Source: Macrostomum lignano
Taxonomy: Eukaryota
DNA: 64,000 bases
Direction of reading: 5' to 3'
Assembly: GCA_002269645.1 (NCBI GenBank)
Contig: NIVC01002247.1
Coordinates: 94,529-158,528, forward strand
Shown here: in pieces, positions 50,370 through 62,208 of the stretch
Layout of the letters: each line of letters begins with the position of its first letter
Position numbering within the stretch: position 1 is the stretch's first letter
Translations under genes and position numbers: made by a program
The notes under the pieces: model-generated
The model's database searches: none
What the model saw: the letters and a program-made list of their open reading frames with translations, nothing else
Told to the model about the DNA's origin: nothing

Positions 50370-50830
50370 GATTATGGCACTTGATAAACCTAGGATTATT
50401 GCACTTGAAAAACCAAGGATTATCAAGGATTATTGCACTTGATTTGATAAACCAAAGATTATTGCACTTAGGGCCTAATAAACCAATGATTATTGCACTT
50501 GATAAGCCATGGATTTTGGCACTGGATAATAAAGAATATTGCACTTAATAAGCCATGTAGGCCCTATTATTGTACTTTGATAATAAGGACTATTGCACTA
50601 GTTAAACCAAGGAATATTGCACTTGATAAGCCACGGATTATTGCACTAGATTAGAAAGGGATATTGCACTAGCTGAGACATTGATCTTTGGACTTGATGA
50701 ACAAAGGATTATTTCACTAGATGAGAGAATTATTATTTTACTAAGGCCTAGCTGAGAAGCTGATTATTGCACTGTCTAAAAAAAGAGATTATCACGCTAA
50801 CTGAGACGTGGATTGTTGCATAACCTGAGA
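50370..50830. repeat. Old degenerate ~22-23 bp tandem array
   Basis: Recurrent GGATTATTGCACTTGATAA(A/G)CC. Confidence 0.7.
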
Positions 50831-53232
50831 AAGCAACTATTGCATTAGTGGAGATAATATTTGCATTAGCTACTTGCTGTCTGATAGATGCTTGCTATCT
50901 GGGGGACACTTGCTCTCAAGGGGGGGGGTAGGCCTACTTGCTATTTGGGAGAGGGGGTATGTATGGTATTGGCTACATATATAGGATTCTTTCTATCCAG
51001 GGATGCTTGCTATTTAGAGATTCTTGCTATCTGTAAGATGCTTGCTGTTTTTGGAATATTGGCAATCCTTATGGTTTACGATCACCGTCTATTTTGCTAG
51101 TTTGCTAGTTACGATCACCTTAAGGCTCTTCATTGCAATCAATTCCAGAACCAGAATCGGTTTGGATTTCTAAGAAAAAAGTAGTATAACAGTAACTATT
51201 CAACATTGTTGAATGTTTGACTGCCTTAATAGCCTCACTTTAAAAAAGTTTTCACTTTCTTCTTGGCTATTGCCATTCAATAATCACAATTTTAAAGCAC
51301 TAATATCCCTCTAGTTTAGGAGACAATAAGTAATACTTTACAAATTGGTTCTGGTTCTAGAACTAGAACAAGCAATATGAAGAGCCTCCAATATGAAGAG
51401 CCTCCTATTTTTCTAGTTTCGGTTTACAATCACCTTTTTTTTGCTTACTGCAGTGCAAAAACAAAAACAAAATATTTGATTTTGTTTCATTGGAAACTAT
51501 GGATTTTATGTCTTTCTTTTTTGTGGTGATTGTCTCTGTTTCTGTTTGAGATGATTGTAAACCGTAAACTGAAGGAGTGCCAGAATATTTTCTATTTAGG
51601 GGGAGCTATATTTTGTCTGTCTGTTAAATTTAGAAAAAAATGCATAGCAAACATTTTTGTCTGTGACAATTTTACATGCATAAGATGAAGAACCAAGAAT
51701 TAAAGAAACAGTTCCTTTAAAAGTAAAGGAATTGGTTCTTTAAAAAATGTTTAACAGACACACAGACAGTCAGACTGACAGACAGACAGACGAACAGACA
51801 GCTTTTTTAATTGTTTTCCATAAACTATTCTTGCTCCTTGTTTATTCAGCGCACGGAAGGGGGGGCCGCACTAGATTGCTAGTTTTATTATTACTATATG
51901 CTAACTTTTGAGAGATATTCTTTGAGAATTTCTTAGAAGGTTTTTTAAATGTTTTTACACTTAATGTTTTTAAATGTTTTAGATAGACTGTGACCTGTTA
52001 TTTCAAATAAGTTTTGTTTTGCATTTTTACAGAGCTTATGGTGCTATCTCAAAACCTAAAATCTTGTCGTGTGCACTGAAAATTTAATCTTTGTTTAAAT
52101 CGGTTTAAATATCGGCGTTAATTCGCTAGTTTTGAATAGAAGAAAGAAACAACAAAATAAGGTTAAATTTTCGGTGGCCCCACGACACAAGCGACAATTT
52201 CTATGCCCCGTCCTTGTAATGTAGTTAGTGAAACTCCTGAGACTAATATAACTGAGCGTAAACAACAATATTTGTTTTGGACTAGCCTTTTGATCTTAAG
52301 CTAAAACTTAAAAGGTAAATTTTTATGGAAGAGAAAAGAAAAGAAAAGGTATTTGATTGGTTGCAGGAAGTTAATAAGCAGGATGAAACATGCAACCATG
52401 CGGATTTTAACCAAATAGAATCTGGTGAGTTATGAATTTATATGCAATTTTTGTTATTCTATACTAAGACTAGATTGCCAGTTGATAGGCTAACTTCACT
52501 GGCCTAGGCATTCATATTAGGCCCTACAATTTATGAATGAAGTTAATGAATGAAATACAATTTAGTTAATGAAGACAAAGTCTTTTTGCCCCAGTCAGCT
52601 TTGGGGTTGGAATTTTATTATACCAAGTGTTGTATTGATTATTTAGAGGCTTCCAACTTTCAAGGCATTATTATAATATTAATGCTAATGCTCCTATACT
52701 TTGTGTTGTGACTTGAATCATATATAAAGTTAGCCTAATAGATAAAGTAAGGCAAGAGTTGTAAAATGTCTTTAATGTAAAATGATTTATAAGAAGGGAA
52801 ACTATGGGCATAAGTTCTAGGTTCCCACCAAAGTCGGCAAATTCGAGATCTGTGGCTTATGAGAAAAACAACTAAATTATCTAAATCGTCATTATCTCAG
52901 TATTGGACAATGCTGCATTCACTAAATTGTCATATTGTGTTGCATTGGCTACGCAAGGATCTTAGCTCATGGCGGCAGCGTGTTCTTGTTTGCCAACAAA
53001 TTAAAACAATTTACAGTGTATTCTCAGTAGTCATGTCATATGTGTGGCAGTTGGGTGCCACTTAATTGATATTTGAACTAATAACCATTACTTTAATAAC
53101 TCATTTAAAAAGAAAACTGCTACAAACGTTCAATTTTTGTCTGCTCATTGTTCAGTTTTCGTCGCATTTCCATTGACTGAAGGTTCCATAAATTGTTCTG
53201 TTTTTCCTTTGGTTGGAAAAGTAGTTTTCCCC

Positions 53233-53345
53233 CCATACATGCACAACAGTCGACCGAGTTGGCCGATCTGGCCGACTGATTTGGTGACCAACCAAGGAAG
53301 TTGCAAAAATGCCTACCTGAAAAAACAAAGTAGTAGTACTAAGTC
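53233..53345 (-). mobile_element. Solo diverged end of the same hAT family as 29271-31651
   Basis: CATACATGCACAACAGTCGACCGAGTTGGCCGATCTGGCC resembles the reverse complement of 31600-31651. Confidence 0.55.
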
Positions 53346-53781
53346 GCTGACAAGGCATTTTGGCTTAATAGGACAGGGTGAAATCCAAAAATCGGGGGCA
53401 AGTTTTATGAAAATTCGTTTTTTGGCAATTTGAAAGCAATAAAGCTATAAAATAAATTTATTCAAGTTTTTAAAAGGTAAAAAAGTCTATTAAAGCACAA
53501 ATTATTTTTGTATAGCTTTATTTTTAATAAAATGATTTGTTAAAATGGTAAGTTTAATTACGACCTAAAATGAGTCTAATGAAAATGATAGAAAAGCTAT
53601 AATAATGTATTTTAATAACTTTAACTATCTTATAATGTTACACTCTATAATTCTACAACATATTTAACATTATTTTCAAGGGTTTATTTGTTTATCACTT
53701 TCGTTACTCTTGACAACGTGTATTTTGTAGAGTTCGTTTGCAATAAATTGTGTTCAATATAAGTTTATTATTTAAACATAC

Positions 53782-54135
53782 AAATTCCTGTAAGGATCGG
53801 AAAATTGCATTTTATTCAGCTTCTACTAAAGTGATTTGGAAAATTATTTTTTTCCTGCATACACGCCGTGATGATACATGTTTTAGTGTAATTTCGTTGT
53901 TCTTCGTCGCTTAATGAGCATACAGTAAGCATCTGATTTGGAAGCTGGGTAACACATTGGAATTCCCATAAGGATTGGAAAATTGCATTTTACTCAGCTT
54001 CTACTAAAGCGATTTGGAAAATTCTTTTTTCCTGCATATACACCACAATCATACATGTTTTAGTGTAATTTCATTGTTCTTCGTTGCTTAATGAGCATAC
54101 AGTAAGCATCTGTTTTGGATGCCGGGTTCACATTT
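53782..54135. repeat. Diverged ~178-bp tandem duplication
   Basis: TAAGGAT(C/T)GGAAAATTGCATTTT...CAGTAAGCATCTG starts at 53791 and 53969. Confidence 0.85.
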
Positions 54136-55608
54136 TGTGGTACCATTTTTTACCCAAAATTTTTAAGTCTAAATATAGGCATATTACAAATACTAATACT
54201 ACATATTGAAATGGACTATGGTATATTCATATTATTTTAAATTTAAAGACTTTTCATACAAAAGCCTTTCTTAGGAAACACAACTTGTAAAAACCAAATG
54301 ACCTTTTAGGAGAAATTTTTGGTATACATTTTAGGGAAAGTTTTCGTTTTTGGTGTACATTGGTATATATTTAGCTAGAAATAGGATTCTTGTTCTGGTA
54401 TACACCATTATACATTCTGGACCCTGGCAATGCACAACACATATTATAGACATTCTAGGAAAATGTATGGAAATTGGTATACAAATAAATTTGTGCATTG
54501 ATTGAATTTAAAAATCATTGCATAAAGTAGAGACTAAAACAAAAGATACACCAATGCACATTTGCTTGGCTTAAGAATATAAATTTTATGTTTTACTGCA
54601 GCAAGGTTTTAAAAATTATTATATTATACTATTTTTTACTAATGTTAAACTATAATAAATAGTATATAGGATTTATAACATTGTGCATGTAAAGTATACA
54701 TATTAATCCTTTTGACTAAAACAGATTGCTTGGATCATACTTATAGGCAGCACCTGTTTGGTATTGCCTGTTCATTGCAAGGGGACATACTTTGTTGGTC
54801 AAGGTGGCCATAATTTGTTACCAAAGTGTCTGTTATCAGTGTTTATTATTGAAATAGGCTATCTCCAAACTTGTTACTTAACTATCTTATTTTTTGTTGT
54901 AATTAACTTATTCTTACTTAAGTGTAAATTGGCAAAATTATGGATGTCAGTGAAATTGGCACAGTTAATATGGAATTAGATCATAAATAGTTTCTTATTG
55001 CCTTGAACTATATTTATAAAAATATCCAATCCTTGATATTGACAATGATATCAACAATAGTGCTATGTCCACTTAGAGTGTTATCATAAGCTCACTTATA
55101 TGAACCTAATGCTTAACTTCAATGCCATGTGACTCAAACAGTAGAAGTTGACCTGATTTGGTACTTGCTACCTAGGGCTTACTTGGTATTAAATTCCTGG
55201 ACAAATTTTGAAAAACGATATTAATAATCCTAAAAAATCCTAAAAATATATAAGTATCCAAAAAATATCATTAGTTGTAAAATTAACAGATTCATGATAA
55301 GCAAATTGATAAATATTAGAATAAAATTATAGAAACAGAATTTCTACTGTTAATAGCAGCTAACCTATAAAATAAAACATACAGCAAAATTTTTGGGTAA
55401 ACAGCAGGCGTAACTATAAGTAATTTATCAAGGCTAAATGCCTCGTCATCTAATTAGTACTATGTATGTGTTTTCTCGGGTCGGCCGGGTGTTGGGCATG
55501 TATGACTAGAATTATTGCTAGTAAAATAACCTCTAGTAAATAACACATTGTTAGTAAAGAACAGTTTGTCATTTTAAACAAATATTTCACTTTCTTCAAT
55601 TGGCGCAG

Positions 55609-58600
55609 ATGCCATTCAGGCAGCCGGCGCACTTTGTGGCGCCCTGTCACGCGCCCTCGACTCCAATCCAGCCAGCGCAAAGCACTACAACTTGGCCTGC
55701 CACGAGTTGGCCTCAGGTGGCCTGACCGCCCAGCGCCTAGCAACCGAGGCTCAGGCTGGCGCAGTCGTTCGCTACCTGTTAGCCCTGGCTGGCCGCATTG
55801 ACCCCGAGCGGCACGCTGAGCTGGCCCGCCTGCTGCTCACCAACTGGCCGCCCTGTCGTCTGCTGGACTCGGCCGGACTGGACAGGTACCGCCGGCTCTG
55901 CCTGCACCTGGCTAGCCGGCATCCCGACCTGCGCCAACTGGCCATGCAATCTGCCGTGGTCTGGTTCTCTCCCGCTCTGCCAGATGGAACTGCCCAGGCT
56001 GAGGACTTCAAGACTGACAGGTTCGGATTTAATTGTGTCGCTTGGTGTGCTTCGGCTTCTTAGCGTCTTGCTTCTGGGCTGCGACTATTCTCACTGGGTC
56101 TTTCAGTGCGTCACTATCGCTCACACTGGGCCCTTCACTGTGCCACTAACCTTTCTTTTTGGATCCTTCAGTGTGTTACTATCCCTCCCATGGGGTCCTT
56201 CATGTGCCTCTATCCTTTCCTTTTGTGCCTCCATCCTGTCCTTTCTGTATCCTTCAATGTGCCCCTATCCTTCTAATATACTATTTCCTTCTATGTCCTT
56301 CAATGTGTCCCTATTCTTTTCCTTCTATGTCCTTCAATGTGCCCCTATCCTTTTCCTTCTATGTCCTTCAATGTGCCCCTATCCTTTCCCTTCTAGGTCC
56401 TTCAGTGTGCCCCTATCCTTTTTATTCTATGTCCTTCAATGTGCCCCTATCCTTTCCCTTCTAGGTCCTTCAGTGTGTCCCTATCCTTTTTATTCTATGT
56501 CCTTCAATGTGCCCCTATCCTTTCCCTTCTAGGTCCTTCAGTGTGCCCCTATCCTTTTTATTCTATGTCCTTCAATGTGCCCCTATCCTTTCCCTTCTAG
56601 GTCCTTCAGTGTGTCCCTATCCTTTTTATTCTATGTCCTTCAATGTGCCCCTATCCTTTTTATTCTATGTCCTTCAATGTGCCCCTATCCTTTCCCTTCT
56701 AGGTCCTTCAATGTGCCCCTATCCTTTCCCTTCTAGGTCCTTCAGTGTGTCCCTATCCTTTTTATTCTATGTCCTTCAATGTGCCCCTATCCTTTCCCTT
56801 CTATTTCCTTCAGTGTGCCTCTATCCCTTCCTTTTGAGTCCTTCAGTGTGCCTCTATCCTAGCCTGTGTAATTTTCCCCACATTTCCGCGCATTCAGACG
56901 CCAGTTCAGCCTCGCCCACCGGCTGCTGGAGGCTCTCGCTTCCGCTTTCCCAGCCTCCGCGCCTGGCGCAATCTGCGACCTGGCCGAGTCGCACTGCCTG
57001 TGGGGCCGGCCGACCCGCCAGCTGGCCTGCTACCTGCTCAATGTGCTCCGTGCCGCTGCCACCTATCTGGGAGCTGGCGGCAGCGGCGGTGGCTTGCGCA
57101 CCCGTCTGCTGTTTGTCGCCTGTCGAACGGTGGCTAAACTGGAGAGCCTGGCTGATGAGACGGCTGGCGTAAGCCGAAGCTTCGATGGTAAGATGCTAAC
57201 AAAATATACTTTTTAAAGGTTTGGTTGAAACCCTATTTTGCACTCTCTATATAAGCAATATGCTTCACTTCAAATTCTTATCTTGCTACTGACTTGCTAG
57301 TAGTCAGTTTTTCAGTCCTTCAGGATTTATTGGTACAAATCTGGGCACTTTCAGGCACCGCTTCGGTGGCTCGTTGCACCTGCGCTCAATCGGCCGCCGC
57401 AGCCGAAGCGTCAGCCGCCTGTCTCGCCAGTCGTCAGTCGTCAGCAACTACTGACACCTGGTGGAAGCTGACCCCGGAGCTGCACAGCCTGTTGCTGCTC
57501 GCGTCTCCTGCCGCTGGCGGTGCCAGTTGCCGCGCCTGCGACCAGCGGCTGAAGCTTAACGCCTGCCTTCATCCTCTGCTGTGCTACGTGCGAGCCGAGC
57601 TGGACCCCAGCGACTGGCCGCGCACCAAGGCTGTGTACAAGGACTTGCTGACCGTGTTCGACAGGGAGTTGGCCCATCTGGCTGGACCGTCCCGACTGCA
57701 CCTGCTGCTGGCGCTGGCCTGCTCAGCAAATGATCGGATTGCTCACGGCTTCCTGGACTACCTGTGGAAGCGCGCTATTGATTCGCATCTTGGCGCCAAT
57801 TTTCGATTGCGCTGCCTCTCTTTGCTTGGCGACCTGTGCGCCAGGTGCGCATTTGTGCACCAGCATCTGCTGCACACCGTACTGCTGTTGCTGGTTGACC
57901 GCGCCAGGCTGATGGCTTCCAAGTGAGTGCTGATTACAGAGTCCCGATTCCAACAGCACTAGTCCCCATTCCAGCAGCACTAGTCCCGATTCCAGCAGCA
58001 CTAGTCCCCATTCCAGCAGCACTAGTCCCGATTCCAGCAGCACTAGTTCCCATTCCAACAGCACTAGTCCCCATTCCAACAGCACTAGTCCCCATTTCAA
58101 CAGCACTAGTCCCGATTCCAACAGCACGAGTCCCGATTCCAACAGCACTAGTTCCGATTCCAACATCACTAGTTCCGATTCCAACAGCACTAGTCCCGAT
58201 TCCAACAGCACTAATTTCGATTCCAACAGCACGAGTCCCGATTCCAACAGCACGAGTCCCGAATTCAGCAGCACGAGTCCCGATTCCAGCAGCACGAGTC
58301 CCGATTCCAGCAGCACGAGTCCCAATTCCAACAGTACTAGTCATAATTGTAAAAGCACTAGTTCTAAAATTCGAAAACACTCACCCAGCTCCCAATCCAC
58401 GCTCCTCTCTCCCCAGATACAACAAGCGGGCCGGCACGCTAGGCGCGGACGAGGCCAGCCTGTTCCACGCCTGCGTCCGGGCCGTCGTGCGCATTGCCGT
58501 CCACCGGCACCGAGAGCTGCTAGACGGAGCCGGCAAGGACGGAGCCTGCCTCTCTGGCATGCACTTCCACCTCGTGCTGCTGTCCTCACTGCAGCCTTGG

Positions 58601-59122
58601 CCCGCCCTGCCGCAGCAGCTTCGGTCCCGCTTTGCCCTGCTGTGCCGGCGCTACAGCCTTGACGACTTCATTAGCGCCATAGCCAGCCTGTCAGACGGCT
58701 GCGAGGCTGCCGACTCCGCCGCTGCCACTGCGCCGTTGTCCGCCAAGAAGAAGCACAAGAAGCGGCGCCGGACTACCCTGGACCCGGCGTCGGCCACAGC
58801 ACTGGCCCCCGCCGCCGAGGAGCCGCTGTCCGCCTCTCTGGAGGGCCTCGGCCTATGCGAGCCGCTGCTCCGGCCGCTGCTACTGCCGGACGAGCCGCTG
58901 CCGTCGCCGCCACCAACGCCGCCGACGGCATCCAATGAGACGGTTGAGATGCAGCAGCAGCCGTCGAAGCAGCCGCAGTCGCAGCCGCCGGCTCAGCCAA
59001 TTTTAGCGGAGCCGCCTGCGCAGCCGCTGCTGGCCGAGGCGCTGCAGGGCCCGGGCCAGCTGTTCGCCAGGCGGAGGAAGCGCCTACGCAGCGACTGCGT
59101 TGTGTTTGGCGAATCGGCCTGA
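55609..59122 (+). CDS. RRN3: RNA polymerase I initiation factor RRN3/TIF-IA; exons 55609-56020, 56898-57187, 57355-57922, 58417-59122 (5' exon possibly 52325-52424)
   Basis: ACYLLNVLR...VAKLE; TKAVYKDLLTVFDREL...LHLLLALACS...GFLDYLWKR...LRCLSLLGDLCARCAFV; LFHACVRAVVRIAVHRHRELL...HFHLVLLSSLQP match the RRN3 helical-repeat pattern. Phases consistent. Confidence 0.85.
56180..56830. repeat. Pyrimidine-rich ~33-bp minisatellite in RRN3 intron
   Basis: Unit TCCTTCA(A/G)TGTGCCCCTATCCTTT(CCC/TTA)TTCTA(G/T)G. Confidence 0.92.
57940..58335. repeat. 21-bp minisatellite in the last RRN3 intron
   Basis: Unit GTCCCGATTCCA(A/G)CAGCAC(T/G)A. Confidence 0.94.
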
Positions 59123-59419
59123 CTGTCTGCGAGATGCTTATAGCGAAACTCTCTTGCATTTGACTGATCAATTCGACTCTTCGATTCAACTATGCAACAG
59201 TTGTTTGTAAATCTGTTATAAGCAGCAGATTTTTCGCTAGTTTTTTATTTGAACTGTCCTTTGGCTTGCTGTGAGATCTTTAACCCGCGATCTGGAGTTT
59301 TGTTAATAAAATCCTGCACTCAATATTGAACGCAAGTGAATGCATACCGTATGCTTGCATTCAATATTGTTTTTGGCAGTCTTGACCGATTTCAAGTCTC
59401 TTGTCGTTTTGCTTTTGTA

Positions 59420-61920
59420 GGTCCTAGCTCATCTGTGCCCAGCAGTCCCATCTCACCTGAGCCCAGTGTTCCTATCTCACCTGAGCCCAGTGTTCCTATC
59501 TCACCTGAGCCCAGTGTTCCTATCTCACCTGAGCCCAGTGTTCCTATCTCACCTGAGCCCAGTGTTCCTATCTCACCTGAGCCCAGTGTTCCTATCTCAC
59601 CTGAGCCCAGTAGTCCCATCTCACCTGAGCCCAGTAGTCCCATCTCATCTGAGCCCAGTAGTCCCATCTCATCTGAGCCCAGTAGTCCCATCTCATCTGA
59701 GCCCAGTAGTCCCATCTCATCTGAGCCCAGTAGTCCCATCTCATCTGAGCCCTGTTGTTCATCTCATCTGAGCCCAGTAGTCCCATCTCATCTGAGCCCA
59801 GTGTTCCTATCTCACCTGAGCCCAGTGTTCCTATCTCACCTGAGCCCAGTGTTCCTATCTCACCTGAGCCCAGTGTTCCTATCTCACCTGAGCCCAGTGT
59901 TCCTATCTCACCTGAGCCCAGTAGTCCCATCTCACCTGAGCCCAGTAGTCCCATCTCATCTGAGCCCAGTAGTCCCATCTCATCTGAGCCCAGTAGTCCC
60001 ATCTCATCTGAGCCCAGTAGTCCCATCTCATCTGAGCCCAGTGTTCCTATCTCATCTGAGCCCAGTGTTCCTATCTCATCTGAGCCCAGTAGTCCCATCT
60101 CATCTGAGCCCAGTGTTCCTATCTCATCTGAGCCCAGTAGTCCCATCTCATCTGAGCCCATTAGTCCCATCTCATCTGTCCCCAGAAATCTCATCTCATC
60201 TGAGCCCAGTGTTCCTATCTCATCTGAGCCCAGTAGTCCCATCTCATCTGAGCCCTGTAGTCCCATCTCATCTGAGCCCTGTAGTCCCATCTCATCTGAG
60301 CCCAGTGTTCCTATCTCATCTGAGCCCTGTTGTTCATCTCATCTGAGCCCAGTAGTCCCATCTCATCTGAGCCCTGTTGTTCATCTCATCTGAGCCCAGT
60401 AGTCCCATCTCATCTGAGCCAAGTAGTCCCATCTCATCTGAGCCCAGTAGTCCCATCTCATCTGAGCCCAGTAGTCCCATCTCATCTGAGCCCAGTAGTC
60501 CCATCTCATCTGAGCCCTGTAGTCCCATCTCATCTGAACCCTGTTGTTCATCTCATCTGAGCCCAGTAGTCCCATCTCATCTGAGCCCAGTAGTCCCATC
60601 TCATCTGAGCCCAGTAGTCCCATCTCACCTGAGCCCAGTAGTCCCATCTCATCTGAGCCCAGTAGTCCCATCTCATCTGAGCCCAGTAGTCCCATCTCAT
60701 CTGAGCCCAGTAGTCCCATCTCATCTGAGCCCAGTGTTCCTATCTCATCTGAGCCCAGTGTTCCTATCTCATCTGAGCCCAGTAGTCCCATCTCATCTGA
60801 GCCCAGTGTTCCTATCTCATCTGAGCCCAGTAGTCCCATCTCATCTGAGCCCATTAGTCCCATCTCATCTGTCCCCAGAAATCTCATCTCATCTGAGCCC
60901 AGTGTTCCTATCTCATCTGAGCCCAGTAGTCCCATCTCATCTGAGCCCTGTAGTCCCATCTCATCTGAGCCCTGTAGTCCCATCTCATCTGAGCCCTGTA
61001 GTCTCATCTCATCTGAGCCCTGTTGTTCATCTCATCTGAGCCCAGTAGTCCCATCTCATCTGAGCCCTGTTGTTCATCTCATCTGAGCCCAGTAGTCCCA
61101 TCTCATCTGAGCCCTGTAGTCCCATCTCATCTGAGCCCTGTAGTCCCATCTCATCTGAGCCCTGTAGTCTCATCTCATCTGAGCCCTGTTGTTCATCTCA
61201 TCTGAGCCCAGTAGTCCCATCTCATCTGAGCCCTGTTGTTCATCTCATCTGAGCCCAGTAGTCCCATCTCATCTGAGCCAAGTAGTCCCATCTCATCTGA
61301 GCCCAGTAGTCCCATCTCATCTGAGCCCAGTAGTCCCATCTCATCTGAGCCCAGTAGTCCCATCTCATCTGAGCCCTGTAGTCCCATCTCATCTGAACCC
61401 TGTTGTTCATCTCATCTGAGCCCAGTAGTCCCATCTCATCTGAGCCAAGTAGTCCCATCTCATCTGAGCCCAGTAGTCCCATCTCATCTGAGCCCAGTAG
61501 TCCCATCTCATCTGAGCCCAGTAGTCCCATCTCATCTGAGCCCAGTAGTCCCATCTCATCTGAGCCCAGTAGTCCCATCTCATCTGAGCCCAGTAGCCCA
61601 GTAGTCCCATCTCATCTGAGCCCAGTAGCCCAGCAGTCCCATCTCATCTGAGCCCAGTAGCCCAGTAGCCCAGTAGTCCCATCTCATCTGAGCCCATTAG
61701 TCTCATCTCACCTTTGCCCATTAGTCTCATCTCACCTTTGCCCATTAGTTCCATCTTATCTGTGCCCATTGGTCCCATCTTACCTGTGCCCATTAGTTCC
61801 ATCTCACCTGAGTCCGTTAGTTCCATCTCACCTGTGTCCATTAGTCCCACCTCACCTGTGTCTATTAGTCCCACCTCACCTGTGTCCATTAGTCCCACCT
61901 CACCTGTGTCCATTAGTCTT
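59420..61920. repeat. 23-24 bp minisatellite, about 100 copies, with higher-order duplication
   Basis: Unit CTGAGCCCAGTAGTCCCATCTCAT and variants; decayed tail 61640-61920. Confidence 0.97.
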
Positions 61921-62208
61921 ATCAAGTTGTAACGTGAACGCAGTAGTGCTATCTCGCCTAAGCTCAGCAGACCTGTCTCGCTGGAGTCTTTTAAACTACT
62001 TCAGTATAAATTGTGTATATCCTATCATGCTGACATAAAAGCTAGTATTTCAGTCATTATATAATTAAGTGCTCTTTGAAACGGACAATTTCTAAAATCC
62101 AAATTTCTTATTGCAGCAGACCGACCGGAGTTGCTATGCTGTGACCCGGACACTGTCTGGCCAAATATTATCTAATCTGACGTCAAAGCTTGAATAGCTT
62201 CAACAGCT

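Noticed and set aside
51075-51575. Possible old MITEs with inverted repeats (AGGCTCTTCAT...ATGAAGAGCCT; GGTTTACAATCACC...GATTGTAAACC)
   Set aside because: Termini are ambiguous and no target-site duplication is identifiable.
51760-51878. Helitron-like 3' end (GACA microsatellite, GC stretch, CTAG)
   Set aside because: Hairpin is weak, CTAG is followed by A rather than T, and no 5' TC end was found.
53233-54694. Pairing of the hAT end at 53233 with TTGTGCATGTAA at about 54681 as one element
   Set aside because: The right end is short and mismatched, and the flanks show no 8-bp TSD.
49772-55000. Short ORFs in the AT-rich blocks (also 29759, 32928, 34334, 35575)
   Set aside because: Non-ATG or short, no codon bias, no recognisable motifs, and lying in TE-derived DNA.
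7283-59122. Functional cluster of cell-cycle, DNA-damage and apoptosis genes (caspase, Emi, Chk2, RRN3, CCR4)
   Set aside because: No shared regulatory motif is visible, and Chk2/RRN3 are separated from the minus-strand cluster; without synteny data this may be coincidence.
6211-61920. CRISPR-like interpretation of the 20-50 bp repeat arrays
   Set aside because: Units are head-to-tail with no unique spacers, there are no cas genes, and the context is spliceosomal eukaryotic.
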